From the NCBI RefSeq assembly GCF_006345805.1, contig NC_043002.1, forward strand, positions 88,970,001 through 89,034,000: a DNA stretch of 64,000 nucleotides. Direction: 5' to 3'. Positions 27,561 to 39,792 of the stretch are shown in pieces. The notes beneath the pieces are model-generated. The model saw only the letters and a program-made list of their open reading frames with translations, had not been told where the DNA came from and did not search any database. Numbering within the stretch: the stretch's first letter is position 1; each line of letters starts with the position of its first letter. The position numbers were made by a program, and so were the translations under genes. This stretch comes from Octopus sinensis. Its lineage: Eukaryota.

Positions 27561-28279
27561 AATTACATGGATATCCAAAAATAATTAGTGAAAACATGAT
27601 ACATGCTTTCAAGTCACATTCACTTGCAAGTGATGGTTATGCATGCTATTTAATAAACGAATAATAAAAAAAAAAAAACTTAGTGTCAACAACAGCACAT
27701 TGTAAAAAATGTTAAATTTTTCAGAGGAATTTATATGAAATGTGAATAAAAAGAGGGCTAATATTACTTTAAAAGAAAAAAAGTATGCATATCCTATTTG
27801 TAATTGGAAACTTCATTCTGTTATATCCCTGCTGGTGCCAAAAGCATTTCAAATAAAATAACAATAAAAACAACTAACGGAAAGACAATGTTGCAATCTC
27901 TATAACAGATGATGCCAAAAAATACAAACGAATCTTTAAAGAATTCTAAATGGATAACATTTGGAAACAATTTCACGGAAACAATTTACACAAAAAAAAT
28001 TTATATGACCTTTATTTCTTTACAGTTAATGATATTTCAAGAAGAAAAAAAAAAAGAACGATTGTTATTTTTAAGTATACAGGCATACATAGTCCTTCAA
28101 CTTTTGTTCACCAAAACAGCTTGGCTGTCACCTCGTTTACACTTGTCATGATAACAGAAGCTTCTTGGTGGCTCCAATGAAATGCAGTTGCAACAGTTCA
28201 TGGAAATGTCACCAACAATATGGTTTTTTCAAGAATTACTACCGTTTCCATGGCATATATTCTTTTATTTTTATTTTTT

Positions 28280-28477
28280 TATTCTTTTACTTGTTTCAGT
28301 CATTTGAAACTGGAGCACTGCCTTAAAGAGTTTCAGTCAAACAAATCAGCCCCAGAACTTATTCCTTATATTCTATTTTGCCGAACTGCTAAGTTACAGG
28401 GGGATATAAACACACCAGCATCAGTTGTCAAGTGATGGCAGGGGAACAAACACAGACACATACATACATACATACAT

Positions 28478-28514
<37 letters not shown>

Positions 28515-28652
28515 CACAACAGGCTTCTTTCAGTTTCCATCTACCAAATCCACTCACAAGGCTTTGGTCAGCCCGAAGCTATAGTAGAAGACTCTTGCCC
28601 AAGATGTCATGCGGTGGGGCTGAACTTCTTACCACACAGGCATGCCTGTGCC
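28280..28652 (-). mobile_element. SINE family A copy (internally deleted head)
   Basis: Reverse-complement homology to 16553-16942. Confidence 0.85.
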
Positions 28653-28705
28653 TATATAAAAAAATTTTAGAATTGAATATATCTGATATATAAATTCATC
28701 TACAG

Positions 28706-28942
28706 CAATGGTTTTCAATCAGGGTCCATCAAAGATTGTAGTGTTGAAATTTAGGAGCAATAAATCACTTATACTTCTTACAATACACCAAATATTTTGA
28801 TTTTTTTAAATACAACTCCTAATAATATTTAATTATAAAATAATAGGTCTGTTTGAATATCAAATGGCTATGAGGGTCCACCAGTGTAAAATAAGAATCA
28901 AAAGGGTCCATAGATAAAAAAAAATACAGTTGAGAACCACAG
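28706..28942. mobile_element. hAT-type MITE
   Basis: Termini caatggttttcaa / ttgagaaccacag (CAGTGGTTCTCAA-type TIR), with an imperfect 8-bp TSD atctacag / atctatgg. Confidence 0.65.
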
Positions 28943-29391
28943 ATCTATGGTATTGTTTCTAAATAAAATGACTGTATAGTTAAGAAGTCTTGCTTTGCAA
29001 TCAAACAGTTTCTGGTTCAATTTCACTATACAGAACCTTTGACAAAAGTACCCTCTGCTATTGCCTTAAGTTGATCAATGCAGTGAGTGTAATTTGGTAG
29101 ACATTGTGTGTGTGTGTGTGTGCGTGTGTGTGTGCATGTGCGTGCATATGTGTGTATGTGTGTGTGTTTATATCTGTTTGCATGTATGTCTGTATGAGTG
29201 TGTGCTTGTATCTTTGAGCGTATATGTGTTTGTCTCAGTGTGTGCATATGTGTGCTTGTAACTGTGTGTATGTATGTTTGTGTATCTTTCACAGACATAG
29301 GCAAATGGTAGAAAAGAAAAGAAAAATCTGCAAATAACTGGTGCTCTTAAACAAAATCCTTTGCACCAAATTATGTACATTCTCTTGTCAC

Positions 29392-29798
29392 GGATCTTTT
29401 CGGTTTGAACAGCAGTTTTTTCTAGCGGGGTCATATGAAATTGTCACCCATAATTATGACCCTATTGCATTTCAATCTGTTTTAGGGTTAGGGTTAGGGT
29501 GGGGGGAAGGGTATCTTTTTAGTTCACAAATGTAAATAAACCCAATCTGTTTCTTAAACGAGGGACATATTCATACGACACAGAATGTTTTTTTTTACCT
29601 CAATAGATGTCATTGATTGGTTGAAATTGCAGAAATTGAAGAAAAACAACAACAAATATCTTACAAACTATAGAATTTTCTGAATAAAGCCAAGAGAAAA
29701 AGATGTTTTATAAACACATTCTACCAGTATACGAAGTTTTAAATCTTTTAGTTACCTAGATATTATGTTAAAAACTGCCATTCAAACCAAAAAGATTC
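29392..29798. mobile_element. ~410-bp MITE with GGATC termini and internal (TTAGGG)3, copy 1
   Basis: TIR ggatcttttcggtttgaacagcagtttt / aaaactgccattcaaaccaaaaagattc; 8-bp TSD cttgtcac / tttgtcac. A second copy lies inverted at 42537-42961. Confidence 0.88.
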
Positions 29799-30370
29799 TT
29801 TGTCACTTTTGTAGTCAGAAATACAGTGACCCAAGGATTGGTGATTGGAAACCCTATAATCAATGATTTGACACTGTTGTTCATATAAATGAAACAACAG
29901 ACAACTCAATTTTCCCTCATAATAAACAGCAGACAATTTATAAATAATAAATCGTGGACAGGCAAGTAGGTGGTTATGAAAACATACCTTATAGTAAAGA
30001 AAAGAGGAATCCCCTCTTAGAGTAAGATTAGATTAAAACACTAATATATAAGAAAGAGAGAAAGTGTGTACATGCATGTGTGTTTGCATGTGTGTGTGGG
30101 TGGGTGGGTGTCTGTCTGTTTCTCTCTCTCTCTCTCTCTGTTAGAACCATTCTGCCTCTTTAACTTGAAAGGCAACAAAGAACAACTTCTACTGGTACAG
30201 TGGCAATAACAATAACTACTGCAGGAGAGATGGCCATGCAAGTATGGGCATGTAAATGAATGGATGACACAAACAGGGCGAAGAGGTATGTACTATGGAT
30301 TAGTGTAAGAATGCACGTGTGACCGAAAAGTAAGAATAGGAAGATGACCACAGAAAAAACAGAATTAATC

Positions 30371-30640
30371 ATCATCTTCGTTTAACGTCCGCTTTCCATG
30401 CTAGCATGAGTTGGACGATTTTGACTGAGTGCTGGCGAACCAGATGGCTGCACCAGGCTCCAATCTTGATCTGGCAGAGTTTCTACAGCTGGATGCCCTT
30501 CCTAACACCAACCACTCCGAGAGTGTAGTGGGTGCTTTTTACGTGCCACCGGCACGGGGGCCAATCAGGCGGTACAGGCAATGATCTCGCTCGAATCTTT
30601 TTACATGTGCCACTAGCACAGGTGCCAGTGAAGCAACGTC
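30371..30640 (-). mobile_element. Retroposon family C copy
   Basis: Homology to the 22045, 33829 and 38413 copies. Confidence 0.85.
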
Positions 30641-30797
30641 GTACAGAGTTATTCAAAAGTCCCTTTGGTATGTAATCACAAGTCCAAAGGTTCAATTCTC
30701 AAACCAGGCAATGCATTCTATGTAGCTGTCGTAACTTGAATGCTTTGCTGAATCAAAGGTAGGGGTGCTAAGAAGGTATCTGTGTCTATTTGTGACT

Positions 30798-31066
30798 ACA
30801 CAGGACTCAAACAATTATTGAAAGCATAGTGCATCCTTGATCCCAAATGACAACCATTAGGTGAATATGTGTGTGTGTGTGTATTAATTGAAGTGTACAT
30901 TATTATATATCTATTATGGCGAATATTACCAATCAGTTTTGCACTGTATGAAACCGATTGGCAAGGTTGGATGCAATGGATATATAATACTGTACACTTA
31001 GATTAATAATCCCACTGCATTGACAAATATACACGTGCATATGTTTTTTCGATTTATGGATTCCTA

Positions 31067-31100
<34 letters not shown>

Positions 31101-31369
31101 AGAATCCATAAATCGAAAAAACATATGCACGTGTATATTTGTCAATGCAGTGGGATTATTAATCTAAGTGTACAGTATTATATATCCATTACAGCCAACC
31201 TTGCCAATCGGTTTCATACAGTGCAAAACTGATTGGTAAGATTCGCCATAATAGATATATAATACCGTACACTTCAATTAATACACACACACATACACAT
31301 ATTCACCTAATGGTTGTCATTTGGGATCAAGAATGCACTATGCTTTCAATAATTGTTTGAGTCCTGTGT
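30798..31369. repeat. Near-perfect inverted repeat, ~270-bp arms with a 30-bp (CT)n spacer
   Basis: 30798-31067 is the reverse complement of 31098-31369, with only a handful of mismatches. Confidence 0.95.
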
Positions 31370-31733
31370 TCCGGGTTCAATCCCATTGCGTGGCACTTTG
31401 GGCAAGTGTCTTCTACTATAGCCTCGGGCCGACCAAAGCCTTATGAGTGGATTTGGTAGACGGAAACTGAAAGAAGCCCGTTGTATTTATGTATATATAT
31501 ATATATGTGTGTGTTTGTGTGTCTGTGTTTGTCCCCCCCCCCACCAACATCGCTTGACAACCGATGCTGGTGTGCTTACATCCCCGTAACTTAGCGGTTC
31601 AGCAAAAGAGACTGATAGAATAAGTACTAGGCTTACAAAGAATAAGTCCTGGGGTGGATTTGCTCGACTAAAGGCAGTGCTCCAGCATGGCCACAGTCAA
31701 ATGACTGAAACAAGTAAAAGAGTAAAGAGTAAA
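31368..31733 (+). mobile_element. 5'-truncated SINE family A
   Basis: Begins at ttccgggttcaatccc, directly at the end of the inverted repeat. Body and tail are complete. Confidence 0.9.
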
Positions 31734-31899
31734 GCAGCAGAAATTCAACAAAACCTGTTACTCGGAGTAACAGGTTTTGTTACTCTGAGTAACAGGTTTT
31801 GTTGAATTTCTGCTGCTTTTAAATAAAGCATATTACTCTACCCCTGGTATTTGAGTACTCTTTTTTTCCACCTTGTTTCACATTTATGTGTTTACTCCG

Positions 31900-31938
<39 letters not shown>

Positions 31939-33251
31939 CTTAACATCTTTTATATATAAATACATATTCATTTACTTAATAACATCTTTTGTGTGTATAA
32001 CAAAATACAAAGATGCAATTAAAAATATATACAAAAACAAAATTGTAATACAAGAAAATTAAAATTTCATATATCATTTAATGCTGAAAGACATCTGAAT
32101 CAGCCTGCACATGAACAAAACGGAGATGTTAACCCATGTCCATGATGTTGATGGAGGTGGTCATCATGGTGGTAGATGTAATGGCAACAATAAACGATCC
32201 TAATGACAATGAATTTCACAGGAAATATCAAATTTTAAATACGAAATACTTTAAATTAAAAACTTGACATTACATCATTTTGTGACTATTACATTATCAA
32301 AGTGTACTTAAACCGACATCTACTGAGTGTAATAAAATCAATTGTTTGAGGAATTAGTCAGACCAACTCAACAGACAAAGAAAAAGCAGATGTTTTTGCT
32401 TTCTGTTTTTTTTTTTGTTCATACAAATGATGAGCTATTTATCAGCAACAAACCAAACACTAGAATTAAGGAAAAAAAATAATAATAAATCAATAACTTG
32501 ATGTTATTATATAACAGTAGACAAAGATAAAACTAGAAAAGTTACTTCGACTATAGTAGCAATCTGACAAGATTCAATGGGAGATATATTTTATGTTGTA
32601 TGTCAGAGAAATCAATGATATTGGGTAAGGTTATTGACTTTCAATGGAAATCTGCCATTTGTTTGCGGATACACACACTCTCCCCCATCTAAGAGAACAG
32701 CTTCAGTAATCCAACAAGCAGACTAACAGAATCAATAACTATTCAGAACTGCTTTTCATGGTCAGTGGATAAAAGAAAAATGGAAGAAGAGAAGCTTGAA
32801 GAATGATAACTATCAGGATGGAGAGTTTAAGAAAACAAACAAAGGAAAAATTTTATAAGGTGCGTAGACAAGACTACAAGTAGTAAAGGAAGTCGAATAA
32901 CATAAATAAAAATTAGCTTATAACAGACTAATAATAATACTACACGGTTGTTTTGTATATTTAAGATACTGAGTTTAACAGCATTTCAACAGGATGGCAG
33001 GTAGATTAATTTTGTAATACTCAAACTGTCAGCCTGCCTGCCTCGTAAAAATTAAGTCAATCATGCACCCCCACCCCACCCCACCCTCCAACAGAGCAGG
33101 TTTGATGCAAAGGTTATTTGGCATAGGCATGGTTGTGTGGTTGAGAAGTTCACTTTGCAACTCAAGTGTTTCAGGTTCAGTCCCACTGCACAGCACCTTG
33201 GGTGTCTTATTTTTTTCACCCCAGGTTGATCAATGCTTTGTGACTTGTCAA

Positions 33252-33473
33252 CCCTTTCGTTACTGAATTTATTTTGAGATGTTCTGTTTTTTCTCTCAAT
33301 TATTTTAGATACAACAAAGAATTTAGTAAAATAACTTAGTTGTCATTAAACTAGCGATAGGAACATAAATTGTGACTAAGTTTTGGTGGAAGATTTTAAT
33401 TCAAAACTTATGAAAACAAGACATTTGTACTGCAGAGCCAGAGGCGGTTTCAGCCAGGTTAGTAACGAAAGGG
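33252..33473. mobile_element. piggyBac-like MITE family E
   Basis: tcaa|ccctttcgttac...gtaacgaaaggg|ttaa. An inverted copy lies at 35819-36037. Confidence 0.8.
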
Positions 33474-33828
33474 TTAAGGTTATCTCAACAGATTTTCTAT
33501 AAAAATTATAGCCAGAACTGGTTTTGTTACAATGTTTCATATCTGAGAAGTCAGATGTAAACAACAAGATCAAAAATGAAAAGTGGGTAATGGGCATATA
33601 TGTCATGTTTCAGCAGTTTCCATTCCTTCATCAGCATCCATCCAACCCATTAATCACCCACAAACACATTGCTTAAACAGCCACTAAATATAGAAGTGTA
33701 ACGTTATTGGATATATCAGTTTTACATATTCAACACATTCCTGGAAGCTGGTACATCTCTGCAAATTTTCTATACAAATTATAGCCTGCACTGATTTTGT
33801 AACAATGTTCCATATCCAAGACACCTGA

Positions 33829-34196
33829 TCATCATCATCATCATCATCGTTTAACGTCTTCTTTCCGTGCTAGCATGGGTTAGATGGTTCAACTGGGGTC
33901 TGGGAAGCCAGAAGGCTGCACCAGGCCCAGACTGATCTGGCAGTGTTTCTACAGCTGGATGCCCTTCCTAACGCCAACCACTCAGTGAATGTAGTGGGTG
34001 CTTTTTACATGCCACTGGCACAGGTGCCAGATGAGGCTGGCAACAGCCATGATCGGATGGTGCTTTTTACGTGCCACCGGCACGGAGGCCAGTCGGGGCG
34101 GCGCTGGCAATGGCCACATTCGGATGGCTCTCTTACATGCCACCGGCACTGGTATCACAACTACAATTTCCATTGATGTTGATCGATTTCGATTTT
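33829..34196 (-). mobile_element. Retroposon family C copy inserted into a local duplication
   Basis: (CAT)n start, family C body, flanked by acctgat on both sides. Confidence 0.85.
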
Positions 34197-34929
34197 ACCT
34201 GATGTAAACAACAATGAGATCAAAGATGAAAAATGGGTAAAGAGCATGCATCCATGCCATATTTCAAGAGTTTCTGCTCCTTCATGAGCACCCATCGAAC
34301 CCATTAATCACCCACAAACACATTGTGAGTGAATTGGGTAGACGGAAACTGTATTAAGCTTGTTGTGTGTGTGTATGTGAAAGTTGATATTTCACTTGTC
34401 ACCATTTGTGTGAAGCGGTGCTGATGTAGACATTCAATCTTGACATTATGACCAATTAGTTGCCTTGTGCCTTCAAACACTTGGGGAATACAAAGATTTT
34501 TCATCTGAAAAACTGCTGAGGTTTTATGACAGGAAAAGTTAACTGGCTATTAAATCCAACATCAAAATCAATTATCATCCAAGCCATACTAGCATGGATA
34601 TAACAAACAAACTAATAAACAAAACAAAGAATAAATTTACAGGGTGCCTAAGCAAGACATACAAGCATTAAGAGAAGTCTAAAAATGCAAATAAAACTTA
34701 GCTTATAGCAGAATAATAATAGTACGCAGTTGTTTTGTATAATTAAGATTCTAAGTTCAAGTTCATTTCAACAGGATGCTAGGCAGATTAATTCTGTAAT
34801 ATTCAAACTCTCAGAAAGAGTTGGTTTGATGTAGAGATTGCTCTAATATTAATAAAACTAAGCTTTAAATATTCTTTAATTTTATGAAATAAAACTAAAT
34901 GAGTATACAATAAGATTAGACAAGATATT

Positions 34930-35140
34930 GGCTTCAGATTTTGGCACAAGGCCAGCAATTTTGAAGGCAGGGTAAGTCAATTACATCAACCCCAGTGTTC
35001 AACTGGTACTTATTTTATCAACCCCAAAAGGAAGAAAGGCAAAAATGACCTCAGTGAAATTTGAACTCAAAATGAAGGACAGACCAAATGCCACTAAGTC
35101 TTTACCTGGCATGCTAATGGTTCTGCAGCTTGCCACCTTA
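34930..35140 (-). mobile_element. SINE family B-related copy with a 15-bp TSD
   Basis: TSD attagacaagatatt at 34915-34929 and 35144-35158. The body is homologous to the 41258, 44138 and 50762 copies. Confidence 0.85.
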
Positions 35141-35248
35141 AGAATTAGACAAGATATTAGCATAGGGACCAAAGAGGAAACTTCTGAATGCTATTAACCT
35201 AGAGTGACCAACACCAACGCATCTAAATATGGTCAAAGCAGATGTTAA

Positions 35249-35280
<32 letters not shown>

Positions 35281-35598
35281 TTTTTCTCTCTCTCTCTCTG
35301 CTGTTCATATAAAATTTCATTTACCTTAACTCCAAATAGCAAAGCTGATTGTATCTGCCCCCCTTGTTCTCAAGGTTTTACTGAAATATTTATTTCCTTT
35401 CTTTAAATCATCTAAATCAAAGTGAATTCTGTCTTATCTCCAATGGTTTTTATCTCGCTTGAAAATAATAATAAATGGTAAAGTCAATATACAACAGTAA
35501 AAATGAACATTGCTTATAGTGTAGGTTTTGAGTCATCCCTGTTGGCTTTAATATATCCAACTTATGATTCATGTATTTGAAAACACCAATATCATTAA

Positions 35599-36037
35599 CC
35601 CTTTAGCATTTAGATCATGCTGTCAAACATAATGTTTATTTATTCACATTGAAATAATCCTGCTTTATCTTGTAGTTATGAGATTTCGATGGTGTGATTC
35701 CTTATTTTTAGCAAGATATTGTAGGGTAGGAGTGAGAGACCAGATCTGGCCAATTTGAACATAAAACAAGTAGAAAATTTGGACAGGCATATAGCCAGAC
35801 TAAATGCTAATGGATTAACCCTTTCATTACCAACCTGGCTGAAACCGGCTCTGGCTCTGAGTACAAATGTCTTGTTTTCATAAATTTTGAATTAAAATCT
35901 TCCACCAAAATTTAGTCACAATTTAAGTTCCTAACACTAGCTGAATGATAACTAAGTTATTTTGCTAAATTCTTTGTTATAGTTAAAGTAATTGAAAGAA
36001 ACACAGAGCATCTCAAAATAAATACAGTAACGAAGGG
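35599..36037. mobile_element. Two adjacent piggyBac-like MITEs (family D 35599-35814, family E 35819-36037) sharing one TTAA
   Basis: TTAA at 35595, 35815 and 36038, with CCCTTT...(A)AAGGG-type termini. Confidence 0.8.
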
Positions 36038-36399
36038 TTAAACCAGAATGGAACTAATAACAGAAAAATATACTAATAGTTTCGTAAGATTTTTATTGAA
36101 ATTCGGAGACCTCACAATTTAGTTTAAAATATCTATGATGTGGCTGCGTGATAAGAAGTTTATTTCCCAACCTCATGGTTCTGGGTTCAATGTGTGATAC
36201 CTTGGGAGAGTGTCTTCTACTATAGCTTCAGACCAACCAAAGACTTGTAAGTGGATTTAGTAGCCAGAAACTGAAAGAAGCCCATCATGTGTGTGTGTAT
36301 TTCTATTTCTATACACACACACACACGTATACATGTGCACATGTATGTGTGTGTATACATATATATATGTGTGTGTGTATATATATACAAAAACATACA

Positions 36400-36455
<56 letters not shown>

Positions 36456-37473
36456 TGTATGCTTTTGTATATATACACACACATATATATACATGTGTAT
36501 GTATATGCGTGTCTGTGTGTGTGCATGTGAGAGAGAGAGACAGAGTGTGTGTGTGTATGAAAGAAAGAAGGAGAAAGAGACAGCATGTGTTAATGTGTGA
36601 GTATGTGCACGTCAGTGTATGTGTGCATGTGTGTATGCATGTATGTATTTACCTGAATGCATGAATGTGTATCAAAGTGTCCATGTCTGAATATATGTAT
36701 GTCAGTGTGTTTGGTGGAATGTATGTATATGTGTGCACACGTGTGCATATTAGTGTGCATGTGTGTATGTGTGCACATGTCTGCATGTGTGTGTATGTAG
36801 ATATGCGTATGTCTCGTAATGCATATAAGTGCACATCGATATTTGCATGTGCATATACATAGTCGCAAGTGCAAACATGCATATGTAGACCTAAGCACCT
36901 GCATACATGTTTCAAAATGTCTTTAAAGAATGCCTGAAGAGCAATGGAATACCCATCAAATTTTGTTTTGCTTCTTTTTTTTTTGTTCCTCCACAAGCAT
37001 AATTCCACAGATTTATAGAGATGTGAGGAATGTATACCATATTAATAATATATCTTACCAAGGACATAAGCGTTCTGAAACAAAACAAAACAAAAAATGA
37101 AATGGCTACAACTGGAATTTAAAACCGGGTGGCAGGTTCTGCTTCCTGGGGAAGGGGCGTGCTTGCTTCTAGACAGCCTATCATCACATATCTCAACCAG
37201 CTAAGCTTTATAAGAGAATATTTAATGCACTGAATGGTTAAAAACATTTAAGAGAGATAATAAAGGCAACTATTTCACAGTGTAATATAATGTGATGTAA
37301 AATCAACTTTTTGCAGCCACACACACACACACACATCTTTGCAGTGAATGCTTTGGTGTATGTGCTAAATTTTAAGGAGTTATTTATAGGCATGTACAGA
37401 CACATATTGTGAAGGAAATGTCTGCAACATTTAGACAACGCAGACACTGTGTCAGCCTCTGTGTGTGTGGGGG

Positions 37474-37555
<82 letters not shown>

Positions 37556-38412
37556 TACATACACATGTACAAAAGGAAGTGGGCATCAATTTGGGAAAAG
37601 AGAAATATGATGTAAATAATAAAAAAAATATAAGAACTTATCACATAAGAAAAATAGCCACATAATTGTCAATCGCAATTACAGCAAGTTAATGAATTAA
37701 TTACATTTATAAAAACATTAACACAGAATTACATAGAAATATGGGGTGAAAAGTCCTAATTTAGCGAGGGAGTATGTTTGTCAACCCAATTATCAGAATT
37801 ATAATTTCCCTATAGTCTTGTAAGATCCTACATAACCTGCAACATGGTAAATTGTATAGTAACTGGTACAAAATAAGTTGAATTGCATTGAGAGAAAACG
37901 ATTATTTAGTCACTTGCTGTGGAGGATATCAGAAGTTTATCATCATTTCATAGTCAAATCTGTACTTGCAAAGACTTATTTATTTATTCATGGAAGCTAA
38001 TGTTTGTCATTTTAACAAAAGTAAATGTCACAGACAACATGGAATAATCTGAAAAGACCTCAAGAAAATTAATATAATGACAATTTAATTACTAAACTCA
38101 CTTTTTACTTAAATATATTTTAACTAAAAATTTTCAACAAAGGATGACTAAGTGTAACTTTCATCACTAAAATTTGATTACATAGTTATCCATATAACAT
38201 CTATTTTCGGTATAACATACAGAAGAAAACGGCTAGGAAAAAAAACCCTTTAAAATATGAGATGTGTTTCGTCTATGAGCGCATATAGACATGGGCTTGT
38301 GTAAAATCTAAGAGACTATACTAAGACTGTTTTTAAGAGTTTTATGTTCATTTGGCAATATTAACATGGAACATGTGTGTGTGTGTGTGTGCACGCAGAC
38401 AGATCTAAGTTG

Positions 38413-38800
38413 TCATCATCATCATCATCGTCGTTTAACGTCCGCTCTCCATGCTAGCATGGGTTGGACGGTTTGACTGTGGGCTGGCGAACCAGATGGC
38501 TGCACCAAGCTCCAGTCTTGATCTGGCAGAGTTTCTACAGCTGGGTGCCCTTCCTAACGCCAACCACTCCAAGAGTGTAGTGGGTGTTTTTATGTGCCAC
38601 TGGCATGGGAGCCAGTCAGGCGGTATTGGCAATGATCTCGCTCGAATTTTTACCCATGGGCCTGTCAGGCGGTACTGGCAACGACCTCGCTCGAATTTTT
38701 ACACAGGGGCCAGTCAGGCGGTACTGGCAACGACCTCGCTCGAATTTTTACACAGGGGCCAGTCAGGCGGTACTGGCGACGACCTCGCTCGAATTTTTTT
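38413..38800 (-). mobile_element. Retroposon family C copy ending in four ~41-bp tandem units
   Basis: gccagtcaggcggtactggcaacgacctcgctcgaattttt repeats four times at 38611-38800. Confidence 0.88.
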
Positions 38801-38922
38801 ATGAATGCATTTTTGTGTGAGCCAGTAGCACAATAAAATGCACACTGTACAGGTTATTAAATGGTTGGTGATGAGGAGGGCAACCAGCCATAAAAAGATT
38901 GACAGTTTTACATTACATTTAA

Positions 38923-39134
38923 CCCTTTAGCATTCAGCTTACTCTGTTAAATATATTGCTTATTTATTCACATTGTTTAGAGTTAAGCATTATCTTGTAG
39001 CTTTGAAATTTCAATGATGTGATTGTTTATTTCTAGAATGACATTGTTGGGTATGTGTGAGAGGTTGGATATGTCCTGTTAGAACATAAAATGGGTAGAA
39101 TATATTGGCCAGATGTAACCAGTTTAAATGCTAA
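38923..39134. mobile_element. piggyBac-like MITE family D, right TIR split by a LINE insertion
   Basis: ttaa|ccctttagcattcag...tttaaatgctaa. The remainder atgctaaatggttaa is found at 39653-39667. Confidence 0.75.
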
Positions 39135-39654
39135 CTAGAAAGGGTATGACCTGGTCAGCCTGTAATGATATGCATAAGATCTGGTCATCAAATCTAAATA
39201 GAGACTTCAAACTTGAAATCTTCAAAGCCACAGTCGAACCAATCCTACTATAGGGCTCAGAAACCTGGACGTTATCAAAGAAGCTTGAGAGGCGGTTGGA
39301 TGGAACTTACACTCGCCTCCTTATGAGAGCTCAAAATCTCCCGTGGAAGCGTCATCCAACCAAAATGCAAATATATGGGAAACTACCACCTGTGTCATCT
39401 CTTGTGAAAGGTAGGAGAGTCCAGTTTGCTGGACATTGTTGTAGAGCTGAAAACGAGGCAATTTCTACTCTTCTCCTCTGGAAGCCATCTACTCGCAATA
39501 CCAGAGGGCGCACACTCTCCTACCCTGATGTAATCTCCAGGGATACAGGCATCCAGCAACAGGACCTCCGTAATGCTATGATGGACTGTGAAGTCTGGTG
39601 TAGTATGGTAAATTCCATTCTCGACTACAGTTGAACAATGATGATGATGATGAT
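39135..39654 (+). mobile_element. 5'-truncated RTE-clade LINE (ORF C-terminus and (GAT)n tail)
   Basis: Reads IFKATVEPILL*GSETWTLSKKLERRLDGTYTRLLMRAQNLPWKRHPT...RRVQFAGHCCR...LLLWKP...AMMDCEVW, with tail gatgatgat and TSD atgctaa. Confidence 0.88.
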
Positions 39655-39792
39655 GCTAAATGGTTAACAGATACTAAAGAACCATAACAAATGACAAGGT
39701 GCTGCACAGGAGCAGACTTGCCTAACAATGTCAGCATTGAAAGGTGGACATAAAAATGATGATGTGTGTGTGTGTGTGTGTATGTGTGTGTA

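Noticed and set aside
29481-29499. (TTAGGG)3 as a chromosome end or fusion scar
   Set aside because: It is an internal part of a MITE present twice in the window.
33605-33640. CTGATGA...GAAA on the minus strand (also near 11100-11120)
   Set aside because: Stems II and III cannot form, so these are not hammerheads.
35325-35458. Possible minus-strand exon with a good donor (AAG|gtaaat)
   Set aside because: The acceptors are weak and all frames contain stops. There is no similarity to the expected PPP1R14 exon 1.
38611-38800. Regularly spaced ~41-bp repeats suggesting a CRISPR array (also 52030-52432 and 17575-18060)
   Set aside because: The units are contiguous with no unique spacers, there are no cas genes, and the context is eukaryotic.
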